Part shown: positions 1 through 8,849 of the stretch, piece by piece
How the letters are laid out: each line of letters starts with the position of its first letter
Position numbering within the stretch: the first letter of the stretch is position 1
Origin: an uncultured Candidatus Saccharibacteria bacterium
GTDB taxonomy: Bacteria; Patescibacteriota; Minisyncoccia; UBA6257; 2-01-FULL-56-20
DNA length: 64,000 bases
NCBI GenBank assembly: GCA_964530925.1
Contig: CAZHBZ010000002.1
Location: 3,621 to 67,620 of the forward strand
Direction of reading: 5' to 3'
Program-made: the position numbers and the translations under genes
Notes under the pieces: model-generated
Seen by the model: the letters and a program-made list of their open reading frames with translations, nothing else
Databases searched by the model: none
Told to the model about the DNA's origin: nothing

Positions 1-980
1 TTATATATGCTCTCTTCCGCCTTCCTCCAATGTATGGCTTCCGGATTAATGTGTGGAACAAAAAGACGCCAATCGTTCAAGTCCTCCTTGGCTAGATACC
101 GTTGAATAACAAGCCAATGGGATTTCGCGGCGACCTCGCTAAATCTCTCCTCGGAAACATCTCCGCGCAACAGCGAAGTAAGGGCCCGAGGGAATTCCGT
201 TTCATACTGGGATATCTCTTTTATTATGGAAGAATAATAAGGAATCTCGTAAAGATAGTGCATGATGAGCATGAACATACGCAGAATTTCTCCGGAAATT
301 CCCAAAAGCGCGGGGATAATAAAAATAATTCCCAGCTCTTTCAGGTGGCTGATGTTGTGCTTTTTCTTGCGCACAAATTCCTGGGCAACCGCGTCCCATT
401 TTGAGCTCAAAGCAATAACCTGGATATCACGCTCTTCGAAATCTTTCGCGGTCAGTTTTTCGTACTGCTTGAAGAAAACCGCGTTCAACCATTCGCTCCC
501 CTCTAAGAATCGCAAAGCCGCGAATATTTCAAAAATGTTTTCTTTTTCCACCATTTCCGCGGCGGATTTATAACCCAAAAAATCTATTACTTTTTGCGGC
601 GGTTCGGCTATTACAAGCTCCTTGGCCTTATCCACCCTTAAAAACAATCCCGTGGGAGGGTCAACAACCTTCCTGGCGATCTGGCCGATATTGTGACAAT
701 CGTCGATGCTTTTACAGCTTGGGCTCCCCAGGGCGTTAAATATTTTGAAGTCGTCCGACTCAATCTTCGAGATGAGCGCGTCGTAGACCTCTTTGGCCGA
801 GGCGTCGCGCCGTACTCCGAGCGCGAGCATCCTGTCTTCAATTAATTTTTCATTTTCCGCGAGAATGTCCTCTAGTACGTTTTTCTTGCCGGTTATCTCC
901 TCGAGATGCGCTATCGTTTTCTCGATAGTGTGTTTGTCGACCCGAAGCATTCTTGCGACTTTTTCGATAGATTTATCCAT
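1..980 (-). CDS. Conserved-looking hypothetical protein, 3' end runs off window (MDKSIEKVARMLRVD...FVPHINPEAIHWRKAEE...)
   Basis: Hand translation: ATG at 980 and an open frame to the window edge; missed by the ORF track because it has no stop; starts 1 nt after the pfkB stop. Confidence 0.8.
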   Translation of the reverse strand, partial: MDKSIEKVARMLRVDKHTIEKTIAHLEEITGKKNVLEDILAENEKLIEDRMLALGVRRDASAKEVYDALISKIESDDFKIFNALGSPSCKSIDDCHNIGQIARKVVDPPTGLFLRVDKAKELVIAEPPQKVIDFLGYKSAAEMVEKENIFEIFAALRFLEGSEWLNAVFFKQYEKLTAKDFEERDIQVIALSSKWDAVAQEFVRKKKHNISHLKELGIIFIIPALLGISGEILRMFMLIMHYLYEIPYYSSIIKEISQYETEFPRALTSLLRGDVSEERFSEVAAKSHWLVIQRYLAKEDLNDWRLFVPHINPEAIHWRKAEESIY

Positions 981-981
981 T

Positions 982-2028
982 CTAAAGAGATGTTTTAGTG
1001 ATTTTAAGAGAACGCCACCTGGATTGACCTTCAAACTCCCCCCTCTTTAAAAGTCCATCCTGAGCTCCAAACGATTCCACCTTGGAAGTGGCATTCGCGG
1101 ACGCGAGCCTAATCGCGCGCTCAATAGTTTCCGCGGAGAAAGAGGCCACTCCATTTTTGGTTTCGGATTTAGCCTTCATAAGACCGGCGATAAACCCGCT
1201 TCCGAAAGCGTCTCCGGCCCCGGTCCTATCCGCCATCTTTTTTTCTTTATAGATTCCGGCGGAAAATATATTTTCTCCGTCAGAAACAAGAACTCCCCTC
1301 CTGCCATCGGTCATGACCGCTACTCCATCCACAAGTTCGTCTAATTTACGGAATATTTTTTTCTCGTCTTCGTATTTCACCCCGGTGAGATACGAGGCCT
1401 CCTCCCTGTTCATAATGACCACATCCAATCGACTAAGAATCGGCTTCAGTTGTTTCGCCCCGAGCTCGATATAATACCTCGAAGGATTCATCGCTATCCT
1501 GGCCCCTTGGCTTTTTAGGTGAGCGACGAGGAGCGAGATAACAGAAAAAGGAATCCTTCCCGGAACGATATAGGCCCAGCGCGCTTTTAATTTTTTAAAT
1601 GGAACTTCCTGCTTTGAAACCTCCTCCGAAGCTCCGCGATAATTTAAAATTGTTCTCTCCCCCCCCGCGGTTAAAAGCACCACCGAAAAAGCGGTTCCTT
1701 TGTCGGCGGAAAAAAGAGGAACCGCGGTTATTTTTTCCTTTTTAAACTCCGAAAGTATCGCCTCGCCCGCGTCATCTTCGCCAATCTTCACAAGCGCTCC
1801 GGTCTTATATCCCTGTCTCGCAAAAGTGACCGCGGCATTGGCCGCGCCTCCCCCACAAGCGACAACAGGTTCCCCAACTTCTATTTTCCCGCCCAAAGCG
1901 AAACATTCCGCTTCGCCAGTCTTGAATCCGAGTTTTTCCAAATGCTCCGGGTCCCGCAAAACCTTAAAAGCGTCGCTTTTAACGAAAACGTCCCGGGTCG
2001 CCGTGCCAATGGTTAAGATATCGAACAT
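982..2028 (-). CDS. PfkB/ribokinase-family carbohydrate kinase
   Basis: GGGAANAA N-terminal motif and DRTGAGDAFGSG PfkB signature. Confidence 0.92.
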   Translation of the reverse strand: MFDILTIGTATRDVFVKSDAFKVLRDPEHLEKLGFKTGEAECFALGGKIEVGEPVVACGGGAANAAVTFARQGYKTGALVKIGEDDAGEAILSEFKKEKITAVPLFSADKGTAFSVVLLTAGGERTILNYRGASEEVSKQEVPFKKLKARWAYIVPGRIPFSVISLLVAHLKSQGARIAMNPSRYYIELGAKQLKPILSRLDVVIMNREEASYLTGVKYEDEKKIFRKLDELVDGVAVMTDGRRGVLVSDGENIFSAGIYKEKKMADRTGAGDAFGSGFIAGLMKAKSETKNGVASFSAETIERAIRLASANATSKVESFGAQDGLLKRGEFEGQSRWRSLKITKTSL

Positions 2029-2103
2029 TGGATTAAGTATACAAAAAAACCGCCCAATGGAGAACCTGGGGGCGATCTTTCTTCTTTTTTGCGCCTTATA
2101 GCC

Positions 2104-3093
2104 CTACTTCCTTCTCAAAACCTTTTTTACTGCCGCCTTAATATGCTTCGCGGTCATCCCATACTTTTCCAAAAGTTCGGAAGATGAGCCGGATTCCGCA
2201 AAGACATTTTGCAATCCAACAAATTCCATAGGAACCGGATTATGTTTTGCCAAAAGCTCCGCGATTGCTCCTCCGAGTCCTCCGGATATCTGGTGCTCCT
2301 CGACGGCAACGATTGCCCCGTATTTTTTCGCTAATTCCAAAATTTTCTTTTCATCCAGAGGCTTAACGGTGTGGGAATTCAGAACCACAGTTCCAATTTT
2401 TTCTTTTTCGAGCTCCTTCGCGGCGAGAATCGCCTCGTAAAGCAAAGCTCCGCAACCAATTATTGCCACTTGCGGACGCTTGGATTGCCAAAGGACAATG
2501 GCTTTACCGGGAACGAACGGAGTTTCTTCCGTGGTAAAAACCGGAGTCTTCTCCCGCTGGAACCTCAAATATACCGGACCCCAAATCTTTGCCGCGACCA
2601 AAGTCGCCTTGCGGGCCTCAATGGAATCGCAAGGGACGATAACTTTCATGTTGGCCATCACCCTCATGGTCGCGATATCTTCCACCGCTTGGTGGGTCGC
2701 TCCGTCCGGACCCACGGAAATACCCGCGTGATGTCCGGCAATTTTTACATTGGAATCGTTATAAGAAATAGTGGTGCGAATCTGTTCCCAATTTCTGCCC
2801 GGAGAAAAAGTGGCGTAAGAAGAGATGAAAGGAATCTTGCCGGAAGTTCCAAGCCCCGCGGCGATGGTCGCCAGGTTCTGCTCCGCCACGCCAACCTGGA
2901 AAAACCTCTCCGGAAATTTTTTGGCAAAAGCTTCGGCCCGGGTAGATTCCGTAAGGTCGGCCGAAAGCGCGACCACGTTCTTGTTTTCCTCTCCGGCCAA
3001 AACCAACCCGTCGCCATAGCCGTCTCTAGTCGGCTTTTGGAGAACGTCTTTATCGAATATCTTCCCGCTTAATTTTGCCTCCGGATTTAACAT
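2104..3093 (-). CDS. Transketolase, C-terminal (pyrimidine-binding + C-terminal) subunit
   Basis: GVAEQN, GPDGATHQAVED and VEEHQISGGLG motifs. Confidence 0.95.
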   Translation of the reverse strand: MLNPEAKLSGKIFDKDVLQKPTRDGYGDGLVLAGEENKNVVALSADLTESTRAEAFAKKFPERFFQVGVAEQNLATIAAGLGTSGKIPFISSYATFSPGRNWEQIRTTISYNDSNVKIAGHHAGISVGPDGATHQAVEDIATMRVMANMKVIVPCDSIEARKATLVAAKIWGPVYLRFQREKTPVFTTEETPFVPGKAIVLWQSKRPQVAIIGCGALLYEAILAAKELEKEKIGTVVLNSHTVKPLDEKKILELAKKYGAIVAVEEHQISGGLGGAIAELLAKHNPVPMEFVGLQNVFAESGSSSELLEKYGMTAKHIKAAVKKVLRRK

Positions 3094-3097
3094 TTAA

Positions 3098-3589
3098 TTA
3101 TATTTTCTTAGCTTTATACCCTAGAATCAACCTTCGGATTATCAGAATAATTCCCGCTCCAAAGAGAACGAGGCCTATCCATTCTCCGCCAAAAATGTAA
3201 AACAGCATATAAGTCGGATATGGCAGTACGCCAAGGGACGGAGTAAAATATAACGCTGCTCCTAAAAAGAGCAGCAAAACCCCGATTACCAGAGAAGCAT
3301 TACCGGTCTTCACGGTAAGAGAATTGTCGACTGACTCACCAATCCCCTGTTCGGTTTCAAGTTTTTTGAATTTACGTTTCAAGAAAAATCCCGAAACCAC
3401 CAAAAGGACCGAAAGACCCATAAAACTGCCCAAAATCGTATAATAAGCAGCCGGACCACCCGTTTTTGCTCCGAAACCGAGATCCATGGCCCCGGTAAAA
3501 AGAGCGATCACCGGCGCTAGAACCAAGGATATTACAAGCAAACCAAAACCGAGCCACATTAGAAAATTCGCTATTTTTATGTTTTTCAT
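3098..3589 (-). CDS. Hypothetical 4-TM membrane protein inserted between the transketolase halves
   Basis: 163-aa ORF with four hydrophobic segments; fills the gap between the two tkt genes. Confidence 0.7.
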   Translation of the reverse strand: MKNIKIANFLMWLGFGLLVISLVLAPVIALFTGAMDLGFGAKTGGPAAYYTILGSFMGLSVLLVVSGFFLKRKFKKLETEQGIGESVDNSLTVKTGNASLVIGVLLLFLGAALYFTPSLGVLPYPTYMLFYIFGGEWIGLVLFGAGIILIIRRLILGYKAKKI

Positions 3590-3604
3590 TTTATTTATTA
3601 TTCT

Positions 3605-3639
3605 CTACCTGCTACTCACTACTTACTACCCACTACCTA
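3605..3639. repeat. Degenerate heptamer tandem array (CTACCTG CTACTCA CTACTTA CTACCCA CTACCTA)
   Basis: Five period-7 units read directly; GT-rich on the transcribed (-) strand just after the tkt-N stop. Confidence 0.9.
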
Positions 3640-3646
3640 ACTGCGC

Positions 3647-4507
3647 CTACTGGTGTTCGCTTTTAATTTTTCCGGCCAGCGTCCGAAGCTCTTTTAGCGC
3701 AATCTTCGCCTCCTCCGGCTTTGGCGGCTTGCCGTGCCAAGTGTAGTCGTTTTCCATAAAATCCACACCCCTCCCCGGAATCGTGTGCGCGATTATCATT
3801 GTGGGTTTTTCATAAATTGCTTTCGCCTCCGCGCAGGCGGAAATTATCTGATGAAAATCGTGTCCGTTAATTTCCAAAACATGCCAGTTAAAAGCCTCGT
3901 ATTTTTTCCGCAGGGGCTCCAGGGGCATAACCGATTCCGTCACGCCATCAATTTGAATGTTATTCCGATCCAAAATGGCCGTGACATTTGAAAGCCTATT
4001 TTTACCGGCGAACATAATGGCCTCCCAAGTATTCCCCTCCTGGTGCTCCCCATCAGACATCAAACAATAGGTGCGATACTTTGCCTTGTCTAATTTTGCC
4101 GCGAGCGCGAACCCAATAGCCTGGGAAAGGCCAGAGCCAAGCGGTCCCGAAGTTGTCTCTACTCCCGGCAACGATCCGCGATGCGGGTGTCCTTGAAGCC
4201 TTGTTCCTAGCTGTCTTAAGGTTTTAAGTTCCGCCGGCGGGAAATATCCGGCCCGGGCAAGCGTTGCGTAAAACACGGGACAAATATGGCCGTTTGAAAG
4301 CACCACCCGGTCCCGCCCATCCCAATTCGGTTTTTTAGGCTCATGATTCAAAATGTGAAAATAAAGGGCGGTAAAAACATCCGCCATTCCCAAAGGTCCA
4401 GCGGAATGCCCGGAGCCGGCAGTCACAAGCATCTTTATAATATCCTCGCGTATCTGCGTGGCTTTCTCTTCCAAAAATTTCAATTTATCGTCGTGAAGCG
4501 CTTCCAT
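3647..4507 (-). CDS. Transketolase, N-terminal (TPP-binding) subunit
   Basis: SGHSAG, DRVVLSNGH, LQGHP, SGPLGSG and SDGEHQEG...N motifs. Confidence 0.95.
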   Translation of the reverse strand: MEALHDDKLKFLEEKATQIREDIIKMLVTAGSGHSAGPLGMADVFTALYFHILNHEPKKPNWDGRDRVVLSNGHICPVFYATLARAGYFPPAELKTLRQLGTRLQGHPHRGSLPGVETTSGPLGSGLSQAIGFALAAKLDKAKYRTYCLMSDGEHQEGNTWEAIMFAGKNRLSNVTAILDRNNIQIDGVTESVMPLEPLRKKYEAFNWHVLEINGHDFHQIISACAEAKAIYEKPTMIIAHTIPGRGVDFMENDYTWHGKPPKPEEAKIALKELRTLAGKIKSEHQ

Positions 4508-4551
4508 GTAGATTGATTATAACATACCCTCGGTAGCTATTTTCACGCGGG

Positions 4552-5190
4552 TTACGCCGCTAACAATTCTTCGTAAGCGATTTTCGGATCTTTAGCCTCA
4601 AAAATAAATGACGCGGAAATAAGTATATTTGCGCCCGCCGCTTTCACGGCCCTCGCGGTTCCCAAATTGATTCCTCCGTCCACCTCAATATTTGCTTTTG
4701 GAAAACTTTCCCGCAGAAATCTTATTTTTTCTAAAACTATCGGCAAAAAAACCTGGTCCGGCAATCCTGGATAGACTGCGAGTATTTGATATTCGGAAAA
4801 TCTTTTAAAATATTCCCGCCCCATTTCAAGCCTCGTTTCCGGAGAAAAGGCGAGCATCATTTCCACGGCATGCTCTTTGCCAAACTTTTCTATCTCTTCC
4901 GCGGCCTCCGAGGAAAGTGTTTCGGCGTGAACGATAATTCGCTCCGCTCCCGCTTCTATCCAATCCATAATTTGCTTTTCCGGTTCTTCGACCATCAAAT
5001 GGACTTCCAGTTTTAATTTGGAGTTCAAAGCTTTCCATTCCTCGGGCGAACCCCAGGTCTTGTTAAACGTAAATCTGCCGTCGGCTATATCCAAATGGAT
5101 CCAGTCGGAAAACCCTTTGGCTACTCGCGCTCTTTCCCGGGCGCATGCCAAGTCTTTGAAGCGGCAGTTAAGAGAAGGTATGACCTCCAT
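4552..5190 (-). CDS. rpe: Ribulose-phosphate 3-epimerase
   Basis: HLDIADG, EVHLMV and EVDGGIN motifs; ATG at 5190 preferred as start. Confidence 0.92.
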   Translation of the reverse strand: MEVIPSLNCRFKDLACARERARVAKGFSDWIHLDIADGRFTFNKTWGSPEEWKALNSKLKLEVHLMVEEPEKQIMDWIEAGAERIIVHAETLSSEAAEEIEKFGKEHAVEMMLAFSPETRLEMGREYFKRFSEYQILAVYPGLPDQVFLPIVLEKIRFLRESFPKANIEVDGGINLGTARAVKAAGANILISASFIFEAKDPKIAYEELLAA

Positions 5191-5220
5191 TTGTGATAAT
5201 TTTAGCACATTGCGGGACTA

Positions 5221-5242
5221 AAACCCCCGCGAACGCGGGGTG
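5221..5242. terminator. Hairpin/putative intrinsic terminator downstream of 5247-5579
   Basis: CCCCGCG-AA-CGCGGGG stem with adjacent A-run (T-run on -). Confidence 0.5.
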
Positions 5243-5246
5243 TGCT

Positions 5247-5579
5247 TCAGTCTGCCGGGATAACCCGATAATCGCCATTGCGATTTTTCAATATTTTTAT
5301 TTTTTCTCCCTCCCTGGCCCCGAGACGGCAGATATTTTTTGCTACGCACATCTTCCCGTCTTCAAAATATATGGCCAAAGCGCAAATCCTTTTCTGTCTT
5401 TTGAAAACCCAGAAATTCGTGGAGTAGCTAAAATGCATATGCATATATTTCTTTAGTTCCCCTTCGGCCACAAGCGAATAATCCGGTTTGCGACGCATAT
5501 ATCTTGCCAAGGAACTGGCTAGAAGTGAAAAGAGCACGAAGACCGGCAACCAAAGCCGATCCCAGGGAACGCTCCTCAT
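5247..5579 (-). CDS. Small hypothetical protein with N-terminal TM segment
   Basis: 110-aa ORF preceded by strong SD GGAGGTGG and followed by a hairpin. Confidence 0.6.
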   Translation of the reverse strand: MRSVPWDRLWLPVFVLFSLLASSLARYMRRKPDYSLVAEGELKKYMHMHFSYSTNFWVFKRQKRICALAIYFEDGKMCVAKNICRLGAREGEKIKILKNRNGDYRVIPAD

Positions 5580-5625
5580 TCTCCACCTCCGACGCGAGCT
5601 AATATAAATTATATACTACGCGCTC

Positions 5626-5652
5626 GAAAAAACGCCCGTCCGGGCGTTTTCC
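5626..5652. terminator. Bidirectional intrinsic terminator
   Basis: AAAAAACGCCC-GTCC-GGGCGTTTT. Confidence 0.7.
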
Positions 5653-5654
5653 AA

Positions 5655-5891
5655 TTAAACCTCTTTGAATATCTCGCGCAAACGCTCCCGATGATAGCCC
5701 ACAAGCAATTCGTCTTCTATTTCTATGACCGGCACAACTTTCGCTCCGGATTTTTTTATCATCTCCTCCCTCGCCGCCATATCCCGGGAAACATCTTTTT
5801 CTTCATAGGCCACACCCCTAACGCCAAAGAAAGACTTCGCCATCCGGCAATAAACGCAGGTCGGAGTGGTGTAAAGAGTAATCTTCTTCAT
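5655..5891 (-). CDS. Glutaredoxin-like / NrdH-redoxin
   Basis: TPTCVYC redox motif, VVPVI cis-Pro motif, ~78 aa. Confidence 0.9.
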   Translation of the reverse strand: MKKITLYTTPTCVYCRMAKSFFGVRGVAYEEKDVSRDMAAREEMIKKSGAKVVPVIEIEDELLVGYHRERLREIFKEV

Positions 5892-5914
5892 AGCTTTATT
5901 ATACACCTCTTGGC

Positions 5915-6133
5915 TCAGGATATTTCAATCGTTTTTTCCTTGGATTTTACGCCAGAGACAAGCCGCACCCGGCCCAACCCTACGCCGAAATGCCGGGCAA
6001 TAGCCTCCAAGACCGCGAAGTTCGCCTTGTTTTCTTTGGCTGGTTCACGCACCCAAACCGCGAAGGTATTGCTCCCCAAGTCTTCAATCTTTTCCTGCTT
6101 CGCTCCAGGTTTAACTTTTACAGTTATCCGCAT
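5915..6133 (-). CDS. DUF167 (UPF0235/YggU-like) protein
   Basis: VKVKPGAK...PAKENKAN...SGVKSKEK pattern. Confidence 0.88.
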   Translation of the reverse strand: MRITVKVKPGAKQEKIEDLGSNTFAVWVREPAKENKANFAVLEAIARHFGVGLGRVRLVSGVKSKEKTIEIS

Positions 6134-6134
6134 T

Positions 6135-7382
6135 TTATTCGGGGCTAACAATAACGGTCACGAACCGCTCGGGTTTAAGATATTTCGCGCGCAGAGCTTC
6201 GGCATCCGCGAGCCTGGACTTCTCTAAATATCTTTTCATCTTCTTGTACACTCCGGGAACATCTTTAAGCGTTTTCCCGGTCATCAGCCGTTCCCAAACA
6301 AAACCCTCCCAAACCCCAAGATCGTTATCATCCTCAAGGCTCACGGCATCCAAAGCTCTCTCCCGCGCGTCCGCGAAAGCCTTCTTATCGGTAAGCGGAA
6401 TATTGATAAGCCTCTTCATGAGCGCTTCAACCTTCGAAACATTTCCTGGCTTCGTTTCCGCGTAAAAATAAATATAACTGCCGAGCCCGGCGGCGGATGA
6501 AACCGACCCGCCAACGGCGTAAGCCAAGCCACGCTTTTCCCGTATCTCCCGATAAAGCCTGGAATTGCCTCCGATCATTAAAAGCCTTCCAAGGAGCGAT
6601 GAAGCCGCGTCATCTTTGTCGGAAATATCAAAAGGAATTTTGGCCGCCATCATAACTATGGCTTTGTTCCTTTTTGGTTTTTTTATCTCCACCCTTTCTG
6701 TCATCGGCGGAAGATCCAACTCCTCATCCCATTTTTCGTGGCGCAATTCCCCCCTCTTCATCGGAAAATTTTTATTGACGATCTTAACCAATTCCGCGTG
6801 CGCCAATTTCCCGGCGGCGAAAACAAGCGTGTTCGCGGGGATGTGCCATTTTCCTTTAAGTTCCAAGAGATCCTTTCGGGAGATATTTTTCATCCCCTCT
6901 TCCGTCCCGACGCCCTCCCTCCGCATTGGGTTGACCCGCCAAAGGGATTCGCGAATGGCCCGATGAGCGAGGTAATAATCCTCGTCATAATTCCTGGCGC
7001 GTTCTAGGAGAACCGCGTTTTTTTCTTTCTGTAATTCTTTCGCCGGATAAGTTGAGTTCAAATATATGTCGCAGAGGAAATCCACAATTAGCGGAAGTTT
7101 CCTCGCGACACCGGTGCCGTAATAGTCCACGGAAAGCCTGGCGGTCGAAGCGTTGGATCCCAGAAAGTTTTTGGCTTTGAATTCGGCAATATCTCTCGCG
7201 CTCCTTTTCTTCGTCCCCTTAAAGGCCATATGTTCGAAAAAGTGGGATAGCCCGGACTTGTCCTCCGGGTCGTACGCGAATCCGGCCATGCAAGTCACGG
7301 TCACATAAACCTTCCTTTCCGTCGGAATGCCCGCCGAGATTATCCTGAGCCCATCTTTGCGAATTGTTTCTTTTAATTCCAT
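6135..7382 (-). CDS. M16 family zinc peptidase (insulinase-like)
   Basis: Inverted zinc motif HFFEH (GLSHFFEHMAFKGT) and C-terminal REKRGLAY. Confidence 0.92.
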   Translation of the reverse strand: MELKETIRKDGLRIISAGIPTERKVYVTVTCMAGFAYDPEDKSGLSHFFEHMAFKGTKKRSARDIAEFKAKNFLGSNASTARLSVDYYGTGVARKLPLIVDFLCDIYLNSTYPAKELQKEKNAVLLERARNYDEDYYLAHRAIRESLWRVNPMRREGVGTEEGMKNISRKDLLELKGKWHIPANTLVFAAGKLAHAELVKIVNKNFPMKRGELRHEKWDEELDLPPMTERVEIKKPKRNKAIVMMAAKIPFDISDKDDAASSLLGRLLMIGGNSRLYREIREKRGLAYAVGGSVSSAAGLGSYIYFYAETKPGNVSKVEALMKRLINIPLTDKKAFADARERALDAVSLEDDNDLGVWEGFVWERLMTGKTLKDVPGVYKKMKRYLEKSRLADAEALRAKYLKPERFVTVIVSPE

Positions 7383-7451
7383 AGTTTAATTATAACCCAG
7401 ACCAGGACCGCCTGTCTTTTTATAAGAGGCCCAGAAGACTATAATTTTTTT

Positions 7452-8066
7452 ATGAAGAAGTTCCCGGCAAAATACAGAAAGGATTTCGCCGTCTTCGAGA
7501 AACTCATCACTCCCGCGAAAGTCCAGGATTTTATAAACAAGATCCCGATAAATTTTGAACCCCAAGGCGAGACCTGCCGCTCTCCCCTTTCGACCCTCAA
7601 AGCCAAGCGCGCCCATTGCCTCGAAGGGGCGTACCTCGCCGCAGCCGCGCTCTGGTTTCACGGACACGAACCCTTGCTCTTGGATCTCCGAACCGTCCCC
7701 CGAGACAGCGACCATGTTGTCGCCCTGTTTAAAGAATCCGGCCGCTGGGGCGCGATAAGCAAAACCAACCACGCGGTCTTGCGATATCGGGAACCGGTCT
7801 ACGCTTCCGTCCGGGAACTTGCCATGTCCTATTTCCACGAATATTTTTTGGATGATGGCAAAAAAACCATGCGGGATTATTCCGCTCCATTTAGCCTTTT
7901 GAAATATGGAGATAATTGGCTTGTCTCCAAAAAGAATCTTTGGGATATAGGCGCAGACCTGGACGACTCCAGGCATTTCGGGATACTCCCCAAAAACTTA
8001 CGCTTGCGCCCAGCGGACAAAGTAGAAATTGAAGCGGGGAAAATCACGGAGTGGAAAAGGAGATAG
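7452..8066 (+). CDS. Hypothetical protein with putative transglutaminase/papain-like Cys-His catalytic residues
   Basis: AHCLEGA and DSDHVVALF motifs; typical codon usage; fold assignment inferred. Confidence 0.7.
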   Translation: MKKFPAKYRKDFAVFEKLITPAKVQDFINKIPINFEPQGETCRSPLSTLKAKRAHCLEGAYLAAAALWFHGHEPLLLDLRTVPRDSDHVVALFKESGRWGAISKTNHAVLRYREPVYASVRELAMSYFHEYFLDDGKKTMRDYSAPFSLLKYGDNWLVSKKNLWDIGADLDDSRHFGILPKNLRLRPADKVEIEAGKITEWKRR

Positions 8067-8087
8067 ATTTGTCGGGATGGACCCCGG

Positions 8088-8849
8088 CTACATCAAAATT
8101 GTTTTTATAATTTCCAGAATATCGTGCTTGTGATTGTCGGACAAAACACCAAATATCTTCAAAACTTCCAAAAAGACTTTAATGTTGCTTTCTGTGATTT
8201 CGAAATAGGCCACTTCTTTCGCGCTGGCAACTCGCCCAATTAAATTACTTTCCGCCTTAAGTTCCGAAATCGGAAAACACAGATACAGCATTGGCTGAAT
8301 TCCTACCGCATACTGCTTCTCGGTAATTTTTATTTCGGTAACAATCTCATACCCGTTAAATTTATGGATTAAAAGAGGATATTTAACCTGAGTATATTCA
8401 AAATCAAATCCGTTTATATTTTTCGCTATCGGATGACTGCGATCAATTTGCAATTCGGAATTATTGCCAATCAAATTATTACTTGGAATCGAATCAAGAT
8501 AATCAACAACGGCTTCTAAGTCCTCCCCAGAAATAATCCCCCATTTATAAAAGTGCCAAATATATTCAGATAGCTCATAAAGCGCCTTGGTTTTCCCGTT
8601 CGCACCCGTAAATTGCGTATCCGGCAATGACGATTCCGAAAGTTTTTCGGCTTCCGCCTTAACGACGTCATAACCAATCTGCCATTCGACATAATTGCTT
8701 AAAGCAAATCCATCCCTCCTAACCGCAACAGGCGTTCCATATTCATTTAAAATTGAACGGTTCTTAATGCGGATTTTCCCACTAACAGCAGTTAGCAAGA
8801 TTGGGACTTCAATTTTATGCTCTTGTTGTTTAATTAAAATTTTTGGCAT
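8088..8849 (-). CDS. R.PabI-family (HALFPIPE) restriction DNA glycosylase
   Basis: SGKIRIK...YVEWQIGYD and C-terminal HKHD (HxxD) motifs characteristic of R.PabI homologues; overlaps the MTase stop by 20 nt. Confidence 0.85.
   Translation of the reverse strand: MPKILIKQQEHKIEVPILLTAVSGKIRIKNRSILNEYGTPVAVRRDGFALSNYVEWQIGYDVVKAEAEKLSESSLPDTQFTGANGKTKALYELSEYIWHFYKWGIISGEDLEAVVDYLDSIPSNNLIGNNSELQIDRSHPIAKNINGFDFEYTQVKYPLLIHKFNGYEIVTEIKITEKQYAVGIQPMLYLCFPISELKAESNLIGRVASAKEVAYFEITESNIKVFLEVLKIFGVLSDNHKHDILEIIKTILM

Noticed and set aside
8068-8087. Possible att/tRNA 3'-end duplication bounding the R-M island
   Set aside because: No match to the tRNA-Ser 3' end; only a short, chance-level resemblance to a generic tRNA end, and no integrase
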